Below, in pieces: positions 17,087-24,365 of a DNA stretch of 32,000 nucleotides. The translations under genes and the position numbers were made by a program. This DNA is from Microcystis aeruginosa NIES-843 (GTDB lineage Bacteria > Cyanobacteriota > Cyanobacteriia > Cyanobacteriales > Microcystaceae): positions 4,560,001 through 4,592,000 of the forward strand of contig NC_010296.1 of NCBI RefSeq assembly GCF_000010625.1, written 5' to 3'. The number at the start of each line of letters is the position of its first letter. Position 1 is the first letter of the stretch. A model generated the notes under the pieces. It was not told the origin of the DNA and did not search any database. It worked only from the letters and a program-made list of their open reading frames with translations.

Positions 17087-18197
17087 CTGGAAATGTAACC
17101 TTTAAATCATCCGCAAACGTTCCTTTTCGCCGTTTTTTGTCCTCGGGTGAATGTACTGTGACTTTTCCTTGAGATTCAAGATTGCTAAGGGCAGTTTTGT
17201 AATTTTTTTTAATGTACGGTTTTCCCACATGATGCTGGTCGTAAATCTCTGCCATCGTCATAGTTTTACCTGAAAAATTGTCCAACAACATAGATTCCAG
17301 TTGATCAAGAGGACGGGTTAGCTCAAAGAGTAACGGTTGTTGAAGAGTTGCAGGATTATACTCAAAAGATGGTACGCCCTGCGTCTGTTCAGAACTCTCT
17401 TTAGCCATTATCTCTTTCATAATTTCATAGCCTTTAGGGTGCTTGCTTACAAAAATTAGGTGATGGCTAGTACGATTTCCCATTTCATGTCTGAAACGAA
17501 ATGGAAGAACATATTTACCACCCATTTCCAAGGCTTCACAGATATATTCTACAACGGTTAACTCACGCTCTTGTGGAGTAAGTGTTTTCAATCGTTTGCG
17601 GAGTTGATCTGCTCCTACTTGTCCGAATAGCGCATTCATGTTTTCTTTGACTGCATCATTATTTAAACCCATGTTGATGCGATTGTAATTGAAGAAGAAG
17701 ATGCAATCACAACCCCAATCTTTGACGACCGAATTAACAAGTTGAAGAGATAGCCCCTTGTAACCCCAAGGATCAACAAAAAGTAAAGTGGGAACTAATT
17801 TCATGCTTTGGAAGATTTTAACTATGTCCTCTCCCACCTCATATTTTGATATTTGAGGGCGGTATTTTAAATTTTCTATGCCCGGAATTGAATCTATAGC
17901 TTGTTGAAGAGAATTAACATTTTCGACATCGGCATCGTTAAAGATCGATACCAGCATATTTCGCATATCTGTATCGGCGATGGCAGTTTCTAGAACCTTT
18001 ACTGGGGTTGATTTTGAGCCATCTTTATATCGTCCTGCACCAGCAAAAAGGTCAACATAAGCGATTTTCTGGACTGAAGACGATCCCTTAACTTTTGAAA
18101 TTATAACTTTTGCCCAAGCCCAGAAATATTTCTCAACAATCCTAGCTTTGATCAAGGACTGTTCTTTTTGCTCATTGAAGAAGGAATTTTCAGTCAT
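17076..18197 (-). CDS. tcmP: TcmP (three-Cys-motif partner protein) family, with a methyltransferase-like N-terminal region
   Basis: It carries IAYVDLFAGAGRYKDG (MTase motif-I-like), LLFVDPWGYKG (DPPY-like) and a basic C-terminal tail (KKNYKTALSNLESQGKVTV...KKRRKG). Adjacency to a DUF5131 gene is the defining context of this family, by my recollection of TIGR04474. Confidence 0.75.
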   Translation of the reverse strand: MTENSFFNEQKEQSLIKARIVEKYFWAWAKVIISKVKGSSSVQKIAYVDLFAGAGRYKDGSKSTPVKVLETAIADTDMRNMLVSIFNDADVENVNSLQQAIDSIPGIENLKYRPQISKYEVGEDIVKIFQSMKLVPTLLFVDPWGYKGLSLQLVNSVVKDWGCDCIFFFNYNRINMGLNNDAVKENMNALFGQVGADQLRKRLKTLTPQERELTVVEYICEALEMGGKYVLPFRFRHEMGNRTSHHLIFVSKHPKGYEIMKEIMAKESSEQTQGVPSFEYNPATLQQPLLFELTRPLDQLESMLLDNFSGKTMTMAEIYDQHHVGKPYIKKNYKTALSNLESQGKVTVHSPEDKKRRKGTFADDLKVTFPVKQ

Positions 18198-18299
18198 AAG
18201 CTATATCAATAGTTACGATGCCGAAGGCTCTGGGTAGCGGCAAGTCGCTCTCGTCGGATGCGTTAATCAAACATAACATACCTTATTTTTGTTTGAATT

Positions 18300-18408
18300 A
18301 TACTAAATCCGTTGAGTATAGGCTACATATCAGGAGAGGCACTCATGCAAGAGGCACTCATGCAAAAGGGAGAATAAATAATCAGTTTTTAATAACCAGA
18401 TTTAGTAT
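18300..18408. mobile_element. MITE-like element, family 2 (109 bp, perfect 10-bp TIR)
   Basis: The TIR is atactaaatc (18300-18309) and gatttagtat (18399-18408). The core matches the reverse complement of 10426-10499. It has an internal perfect 15-bp tandem duplication, gaggcactcatgcaa x2 (18336-18365). Confidence 0.65.
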
Positions 18409-18579
18409 TAGAGAAGACAGGAGTTGACATCCTCACCGCCGTAAACGGACGGTGATTCCCAAACCTCACGATTTGAGTTTCTGCTTCTTTCCCGAAGGAT
18501 TTTTCGCACCTGCCTTAACAGATTTACTCTGTTCTGGTCTTATGGTCGCTCGACAGACTGACACCGCAAGCCCTGCGGC
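18408..18579 (-). ncRNA. Putative omega-RNA of TnpB copy 2 (guide = reverse complement of 18408-18423, ctcctgtcttctctaa)
   Basis: The reasoning is the same as for copy 1. The 5' end is a guess. Confidence 0.3.
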
Positions 18580-19748
18580 CAAAATATTTTTACTAGCGTT
18601 AATATCTCGGTCATGGTGCGTCCCACAGTCTGGACAATCCCACTCTCGAACATTTAACGGCATTTTCTCAGCAATATACCCGCAATTACTACATCTTTTA
18701 GAGCTAGGAAACCATCTATCTATTTCGATGTAATTTCTGCCATACCAACGGCATTTATAGGCTAATTGTCGAGTGATTTCTCCCCAACTTACATCAGATA
18801 TTGCCTGAGATAACTTGGGGTTTTTGACCATATTCTTGACGGCTAAATTCTCAACCACAACCGTTTGGTTTTCACGAACTAATTGAGTGGTTAGCTTATG
18901 TAAATGGTCTTTTCTACTATCAGTAATTTGAGCGTGAATCCTTGCTACTTTGATTCTCGCTTTTTCCCGATTTTTTGAGCCTTTCTGTTTTCGAGAAAGA
19001 CTTTTTTGTGCCTTTCGCAGTCTCCGATAATGTTTCTTAAAATGCTTAGGATTAGATACCTTGTCTCCATCGCTGGTAATTACTAGGCTACTAATTCCTA
19101 AGTCAATTCCGATGGCTTTATCGGTTGGGGGTAATGGCTGGATTGTTGGGTCATCAAATCTTATTGAAATATGCCAACGTCCAGAAGGATGTAATCTGAC
19201 TGTTACTGTGCTTGGTTCACAGCTTTCTGGTATTTGTCTTGACCATCGAATAGGTAAGGGTTCTGTGCATTTAGCTAAATAGATTTGTTTGTCTTTGAAT
19301 TTAAAAGCAGATTTGGTAAATTCGGCACTTCCTCCTTGATGTTTTTTCTTAAAGTTAGGATACTTAGTACGACCAGCAAAGAAGTTAGTAAAAGCTGTTT
19401 GTAAATGTCTTAACCCTTGTTGTAAAGGTACACAGCTTACTTCATTGAGAAAGTCTAATTCTTCTTGTTTTTTCCAATCGGTTAGCATTGAAGAAGTTTG
19501 AGCGTAGCCTACTCTTTCTTGTCTTTCGTACCAAGCTTGTGTTCGTTCGTGGAGAGCTTTATTGTAAACCAATCTTACACATCCCAAAGTGCGCCGCAAT
19601 AGCGACTCTTGTTCTGGTGTCGGGTAAAATCGGTAAGAATAGGCTTTTTCCATGTCTCATATTTTAGCATATATTTCGTAAATGTGCTAATATTTAACAG
19701 CAAAGCCGCCGTAAAACGGCGGGGTTTCAGACCCAAAATTTTCGATGA
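18424..19748 (-). mobile_element. IS200/IS605-family, tnpB-only element, copy 2 (1325 bp), inverted relative to copy 1
   Basis: It has the same length and about 98% identity to copy 1. The right-end hairpin is at 18433-18455 and the left-end hairpin at 19706-19722. The left end abuts the chlP terminator. Confidence 0.8.
18466..19653 (-). CDS. tnpB: TnpB (OrfB) RNA-guided endonuclease, second copy
   Basis: The 395-aa product differs from copy 1 at about 9 residues (for example F6Y, FNKH/FKKH, RRASKNL/RKAQKSL, QTIVV/QTVVV, NIREW/NVREW, KPKS/KLKS). The RuvC D/E/D residues and the zinc finger are intact. Confidence 0.93.
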   Translation of the reverse strand: MEKAYSYRFYPTPEQESLLRRTLGCVRLVYNKALHERTQAWYERQERVGYAQTSSMLTDWKKQEELDFLNEVSCVPLQQGLRHLQTAFTNFFAGRTKYPNFKKKHQGGSAEFTKSAFKFKDKQIYLAKCTEPLPIRWSRQIPESCEPSTVTVRLHPSGRWHISIRFDDPTIQPLPPTDKAIGIDLGISSLVITSDGDKVSNPKHFKKHYRRLRKAQKSLSRKQKGSKNREKARIKVARIHAQITDSRKDHLHKLTTQLVRENQTVVVENLAVKNMVKNPKLSQAISDVSWGEITRQLAYKCRWYGRNYIEIDRWFPSSKRCSNCGYIAEKMPLNVREWDCPDCGTHHDRDINASKNILAAGLAVSVCRATIRPEQSKSVKAGAKNPSGKKQKLKS

Positions 19749-19760
19749 AACAACCCAAAA

Positions 19761-19797
19761 GAAAACCCAACCACCGCGATGGGAAGATTGGGTTTTC
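19761..19797 (-). terminator. Rho-independent terminator of chlP
   Basis: A perfect 10-bp stem gaaaacccaa/ttgggttttc with a 17-nt loop lies 17 bp after the chlP stop. On the minus strand it is followed by a T-rich tract (cttttgggttgttt). Confidence 0.65.
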
Positions 19798-19813
19798 TGG
19801 TTATCAATTGATT

Positions 19814-21031
19814 TTAAGGGGCCAAAGCGTTACCGCGCAGGAGAGAACCGATAGTTTTAGCGGTAATCTTCATCTGTACGAGAGGATTAGCGGGAACAAC
19901 GGTTTTATAGAGATAACTGTCAAAAGTCATCTTCTGTACGTCCTTATCGGAACACATTTCCACAAAAGCTTCCCGGGTGGCATCGGTACGGTAGAAAACC
20001 CGTTGCAGGATATCTAATACCAGATAGGTCATACCGTATTTCTTATCCCAACGCTTGAGGTAGAGTTTCAATTCGTCCTCTGTGGGAATACGTTGGCCGC
20101 CGTTAGTGACTTCGACAATGGTTTCGGCACACATCCGCGCCGATTTAGCGGCGAAATAGATGCCTTCTCCCGAAGACTTGGTAACTGTTCCCGCAGCATC
20201 GCCTACGAGGGCTACGCGACCGACTACACGACGAGGACGGGGATGTTCGGGGATGGGGTGAGCCTCCACGCGGATGATTTCGCCCCCTTCCAGACGACGG
20301 GCTGCGCGAGCGCGAATACCAGCTTGTAGGTCTTTAATCATGGCTTTATTGACCTTCATTGTGCCAGTACCGACGGCGACGTGATCGTATTTGGGGAATA
20401 CCCAAGCGTAGAAGTCGGGGGATACGTCTTTTCCTACATACATTTCGGCCAGGTCTTCGTAGTAGGCCATTTTATCTTGAGGAAGACGGATGCGTTCTTG
20501 GAAAGCGATCGCATAGTTGTAATCCCCGGCATCAATAGCTTTGGCAATGCGGGAATTAGCACCGTCGGCGCCGATAACCACGTCCACCTTCAGAGATTTC
20601 ATTTCCCCTTGGGAATTGCCGTGGGAGTGATCGGCGTAGTGTAGGGTATAGGGATCGGTGCTATTGGTGGGAATGTCGAGACCGTAAACGGTTCCGTTGA
20701 TTAAATGCGCTCCTAATTTATGGGCGCGTTCTCTCATAAAACCGTCGAGGACTTCCCGACGACACATTCCGATATATTCGTCTTGATTATCGAGATTAAT
20801 ATCGACTTCGACGTTAGAGGGGGAGATCATTTTCATTTTTCTCACCCGGCGATCGATAATTTCAGGAGGTAGGTCAAATTCGCTCACCATACAGAGAGGA
20901 ATCGCTCCACCACAGGGTTTAGCATTATCTAATTTGCGTTCAAATAAATAGGTTTCAATGCCTGCTTTAGCTAATGTTTCTGCCGCCGAAGAACCGGCCG
21001 GCCCTGAACCCACAACAGCGACTCTTAACAC
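19814..21031 (-). CDS. chlP: Geranylgeranyl diphosphate/chlorophyll reductase
   Basis: It has the FAD-binding N-terminus MLRVAVVGSGPAGSSAAETLAKAGIETYLFERKLDNAKPCGGAIP. At 405 aa, its length and sequence are typical of cyanobacterial ChlP. Confidence 0.92.
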   Translation of the reverse strand: MLRVAVVGSGPAGSSAAETLAKAGIETYLFERKLDNAKPCGGAIPLCMVSEFDLPPEIIDRRVRKMKMISPSNVEVDINLDNQDEYIGMCRREVLDGFMRERAHKLGAHLINGTVYGLDIPTNSTDPYTLHYADHSHGNSQGEMKSLKVDVVIGADGANSRIAKAIDAGDYNYAIAFQERIRLPQDKMAYYEDLAEMYVGKDVSPDFYAWVFPKYDHVAVGTGTMKVNKAMIKDLQAGIRARAARRLEGGEIIRVEAHPIPEHPRPRRVVGRVALVGDAAGTVTKSSGEGIYFAAKSARMCAETIVEVTNGGQRIPTEDELKLYLKRWDKKYGMTYLVLDILQRVFYRTDATREAFVEMCSDKDVQKMTFDSYLYKTVVPANPLVQMKITAKTIGSLLRGNALAP

Positions 21032-21256
21032 TCAGGTTTTCTCCTACATACTTACGAGCGAGTACGCTTTGCAGTGTACCACAGGGGTTTAGCCGAAAGG
21101 AACGATATCCTCCGATTCTGCCCGATCTTGCAACAGTGCTTAACATCCTCTGTTACAAAAGTTTATTTTACTGCCCGTAGATGTTTTTTTATCGATGTGT
21201 TGTATTGTGTTACACCCCTCTCCCAAACTGGGAAAAGGGGATAGCTGCGAGGATTG

Positions 21257-22351
21257 TTAAGCTCTTGCTTTCAACCAATCGCTAATAGCGGGGGGTAAAT
21301 CCCGTTGCACTTTGCCACTGACATACATTCCGATATGTCCGACGGGGAAAGCACAAGCGGTATAGTCAGAAGTACCGATATAATTCCCTAAAGCGAGGGA
21401 AGAAGCGGGAGGGACAAGGTGATCTTTATCCGCATAAAGATTGAGAATTGGCATGGTCAGATTGTGTAAATCTACCCGTTTATCTCCTAACATCACTTCC
21501 CCTTTAATCAGTTTATTTTGCTGATAGAAATCCTTGAGAAACTGTCGGTAGGATTCTCCCGCTTGGTCGGGACTATCAAAAATCCATTTTTCCATACGCA
21601 GAAAATTAACTAATTTTGATTCGTCTTCCATGATGTCAGGAAAATCAAGGTATTTCTGATAACCTAACTGCAAAGGTTTCAATTCCAGAAATTCTAAGTT
21701 GAGAAAATCTCCCGGGATATTGCCCATAGTATCTACCATTAAATCGATGTCTAATGCTTCGGCTCCCAAGGAACACCCCCCGCGCATATTTAAGAGGGTC
21801 TCGGTTTGATAAAAGTCCACTGGTGTCACCATTGTCACCAGATTTTTTATCTTATCGGGGTAGAGGGAACTATAGCATAAACTAAAGGTTCCCCCCTGAC
21901 AGATTCCTAACAGATTAATTTTGTCGAGATGGTGACTTTGACGAATAAAATCGACGCAATTATCGACATAACCATTGATATAATCATCAAGGGTTAACCA
22001 GCGATCGCTTCTGGTGGGATATCCCCAATCAATTAAGTAGATATCTAAGCCTAATTTCAGCAGATTGGCCACTAAAGAACGCCCTTCCTGTAAATCTACC
22101 ATGTAGGGACGATTGACCAAAGCATATACCATCAACAAGGGAATCTCGAAGGGTTTTTCGACCACGGGTTTAAAGTGGTAGAGAATGATTTTATCTTCCC
22201 GATAAACTGCTTCTTTTTCCGAGACTCCACACTGAATATCTTCTTCTTTAACTCGTTTGAGATTGTCTAACCCTTTGAGATTTTTCTGAGTTAATTCTAG
22301 ATAATCTTGGGTAAAATCTTCCAGTTTCACTTGCGTCAAAAATGGCCACAT
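21257..22351 (-). CDS. phaC: Class III poly(3-hydroxyalkanoate) synthase, PhaC subunit
   Basis: It has the lipase-box variant GICQGG with the catalytic Cys in an alpha/beta-hydrolase layout. It follows phaE, as in class III systems. Confidence 0.9.
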   Translation of the reverse strand: MWPFLTQVKLEDFTQDYLELTQKNLKGLDNLKRVKEEDIQCGVSEKEAVYREDKIILYHFKPVVEKPFEIPLLMVYALVNRPYMVDLQEGRSLVANLLKLGLDIYLIDWGYPTRSDRWLTLDDYINGYVDNCVDFIRQSHHLDKINLLGICQGGTFSLCYSSLYPDKIKNLVTMVTPVDFYQTETLLNMRGGCSLGAEALDIDLMVDTMGNIPGDFLNLEFLELKPLQLGYQKYLDFPDIMEDESKLVNFLRMEKWIFDSPDQAGESYRQFLKDFYQQNKLIKGEVMLGDKRVDLHNLTMPILNLYADKDHLVPPASSLALGNYIGTSDYTACAFPVGHIGMYVSGKVQRDLPPAISDWLKARA

Positions 22352-22469
22352 AATTTAATTCTCCTAGGGAAGTGGGGATTTTTCAGTGAGCAGTGAACAG
22401 TAAACAGTAATCAGTGAAAAGAAAGTTCCGAAGTTTTCACCTAACACTATATACTGAAAACTGCAATCC

Positions 22470-22514
22470 GATAACTGATAACTGATAACTGATAACTGAT
22501 AACTGATAACTGAT
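22470..22514. repeat. Heptamer tandem array (GATAACT) x about 6.4 in the phaE-phaC spacer
   Basis: I read it directly: gataactgataactgataactgataactgataactgataactgat. It is preceded at 22384-22418 by a degenerate (CAGTRAN)x5 array. Confidence 0.95.
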
Positions 22515-22530
22515 TGTCAAGCACAATTAA

Positions 22531-23526
22531 CTAATTGTTACTTTCTACTGCTTTTTTTTCTCCTAAAGTTTTTTTGAGACTTTTTACCTCTTTGCGTAAT
22601 TCATAGATAGTCCGATGAATTTCATCGACTTCGCTGCGGGTAGGCAGATTCATCGAACGCAGGTAAATTTCCATTAAATCCTGCTGTTTGATGCGATAAT
22701 CATTGAGGGAATTAATAAATTTACCCCGTACTTTTAGGTTTTCTGGTTGACAAAAGGCCTTTTCAAAAATATCATCAGCGACGACACTCCACACATCTTG
22801 AAACTCTCGCCAATTCTTGACAGGTTCACCTTTTTGTGCTAGGAAAACTAATTTTTTAGTTAAAGCTTCAAAGGATTTAACTTGAATATCAGCCAGCACA
22901 ATTTGATAGTTAATACTAGCTTGATAAAGAACGCGCCAAGTTTCAAAACTATCGAGTAATTTGCGGTTAAATTCTCGCGGCAATCCCAACAAAGGCATCT
23001 GTAACCATTGGCCAAAAGTTTCATCATAAAACTTCTGCCAATAGATATTATTGAGTTCGATCAAAGAAGAAGTATTACCTAACCAAGCTTTGGTTATTGT
23101 GTCATTTGACAGGACGAAAGGATCGAACCATAAATGATTGAGACTTTGTAATTGTTGCAGGTAAATTGTCCATAGTTGACTGACATCTTGACTACTTTGG
23201 GAAGTGGTAGTAGTAAAACTATTCAGTTGACCGCGCATCTGTTGGGTATAATTATCTAAAATTGTTTGCCAGTCTTCTCCTGTTTGCATTTTTGGGAAGA
23301 TACTTTCCCAAGCTTCCATCGATAATTTTAGGAATTTGATCAATAAATCCCGATTATCAAAATAGCGCTGGGTTGCCTCTTGCAATTCTGGTTTAATATT
23401 GCCCATAGGAGTCGGTATCGCCCCCATCATATCAAACCAACTTGACCACATTTTTGCCCCAGTTTCCGTCCAAAGATTGACGTAATCGGCGGCCATCTCG
23501 CTCCAAGCTTGTGTCGGTTTATCCAT
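22531..23526 (-). CDS. phaE: Class III PHA synthase, PhaE subunit
   Basis: The 331-aa product is Trp-rich at the N-terminus (WSEMAADYVNLWTETGAKMWSSWFDMM). It has the C-terminal PTRSEVDEIHRTIYELRKEVKSLKK box typical of PhaE, and it sits directly upstream of phaC. Confidence 0.85.
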   Translation of the reverse strand: MDKPTQAWSEMAADYVNLWTETGAKMWSSWFDMMGAIPTPMGNIKPELQEATQRYFDNRDLLIKFLKLSMEAWESIFPKMQTGEDWQTILDNYTQQMRGQLNSFTTTTSQSSQDVSQLWTIYLQQLQSLNHLWFDPFVLSNDTITKAWLGNTSSLIELNNIYWQKFYDETFGQWLQMPLLGLPREFNRKLLDSFETWRVLYQASINYQIVLADIQVKSFEALTKKLVFLAQKGEPVKNWREFQDVWSVVADDIFEKAFCQPENLKVRGKFINSLNDYRIKQQDLMEIYLRSMNLPTRSEVDEIHRTIYELRKEVKSLKKTLGEKKAVESNN

Positions 23527-23592
23527 TATTTTTGCCCTTTTCCTTTAACGCTGATTTCGCTAGTTTACTAACCCACCCTACACCCTACACCC

Positions 23593-23637
23593 GATAACTG
23601 ATAACTGATAACTGATAACTGATAACTGATAACTGAT
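23593..23637. repeat. Heptamer tandem array (GATAACT) x about 6.4 in the phaB-phaE spacer, touching the phaB stop codon
   Basis: I read it directly. It is preceded by (CCCTACA)x2 at about 23576-23592. Confidence 0.95.
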
Positions 23638-24353
23638 TAGGTGTGATGGGCCCCATTAACTCTGAGGACTTCTCCAGAGACATAACTGCTGGCAACAGGA
23701 GAGAGTAAATAGGCAGTTGCCCAGGCGATATCTGCGGGTTCACCGAAGCGACGACAGGGAATTTCGGCGGTGATTTTATCGCGAACTTTATCGGGAATCG
23801 CTAAAGTCATTTCCGTGTTAATAAACCCCGGCGCAATCGCATTGGCGCGAATATTATAACGGGCAGCTTCTCGCGCTAGGGATTTGACTAAACCAATAAC
23901 TGCCGCTTTTGTGGCCGCGTAATTAGTTTGGCCGGCATTACCGCGATCACCGGAAATAGAACTAATACAAACGATCGATCCCGCTTGTCGTTCATACATT
24001 CCCTCAATAAACGGCTTAATTGTGTGATTAACCCCTTTTAGGTTGACATTAATCACTAAATCCCAATCTAGCGGCGTTAATTTAGGGAAAAAGTTATCTC
24101 TGGTAATCCCCGCGTTAGCGACGATGCCGTACACCGGCCCCAATTCCGCTTCAATTTGTTGAGCTGCCGCTTCCATAGATTCCAACTTAGTTACGTCGGC
24201 CACAATGCCTAAACCCTGGGGATTATCGGTGACTAAATCGGTGTAAGCCACCTTGGCCCCCAAATCTATCAAAAGAGAGACAATAGCCGCCCCAATGCCT
24301 CGATTTCCGCCCGTCACGACGATAACTTTTTCCTCTAGTCCCAGAGATACCAT
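23637..24353 (-). CDS. phaB: Acetoacetyl-CoA reductase (SDR family)
   Basis: It has TGGNRGIG cofactor motif and the YAATK catalytic motif. As I recall the sequence, it is very close to Synechocystis PhaB (MVSLGLEEKVIVVTGGNRGIGAAIV...EVLRVNGAHHT). Confidence 0.88.
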   Translation of the reverse strand: MVSLGLEEKVIVVTGGNRGIGAAIVSLLIDLGAKVAYTDLVTDNPQGLGIVADVTKLESMEAAAQQIEAELGPVYGIVANAGITRDNFFPKLTPLDWDLVINVNLKGVNHTIKPFIEGMYERQAGSIVCISSISGDRGNAGQTNYAATKAAVIGLVKSLAREAARYNIRANAIAPGFINTEMTLAIPDKVRDKITAEIPCRRFGEPADIAWATAYLLSPVASSYVSGEVLRVNGAHHT

Positions 24354-24365
24354 AGCTTTTTCCTC

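Noticed and set aside
14961-19748. Interpretation as a classical composite transposon mobilising the cassette
   Set aside because: IS200/IS605 ends act on a single strand from left end to right end. With the copies inverted and right ends inward, no LE...RE pair on one strand spans the cargo. No tnpA is present either.
19609-20017. ORFs at 19609-19854 (+) and 19745-20017 (+)
   Set aside because: They run through the IS left end, the chlP terminator and antisense to chlP. They have no support.
21180-21256. The imperfect hairpin ccccttttccca...tgggagagggg after phaC as a terminator
   Set aside because: The stem needs G-U pairs and a mismatch, and no T-tract follows it on the minus strand. It is too weak to call.
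22470-22514. Heptamer arrays (also at 23593-23637, 27503-27528 and 30499-30540) as CRISPR arrays
   Set aside because: The units are 7 bp and directly abutting with no spacers. No cas genes are present. They are simple tandem (STRR-type) repeats.
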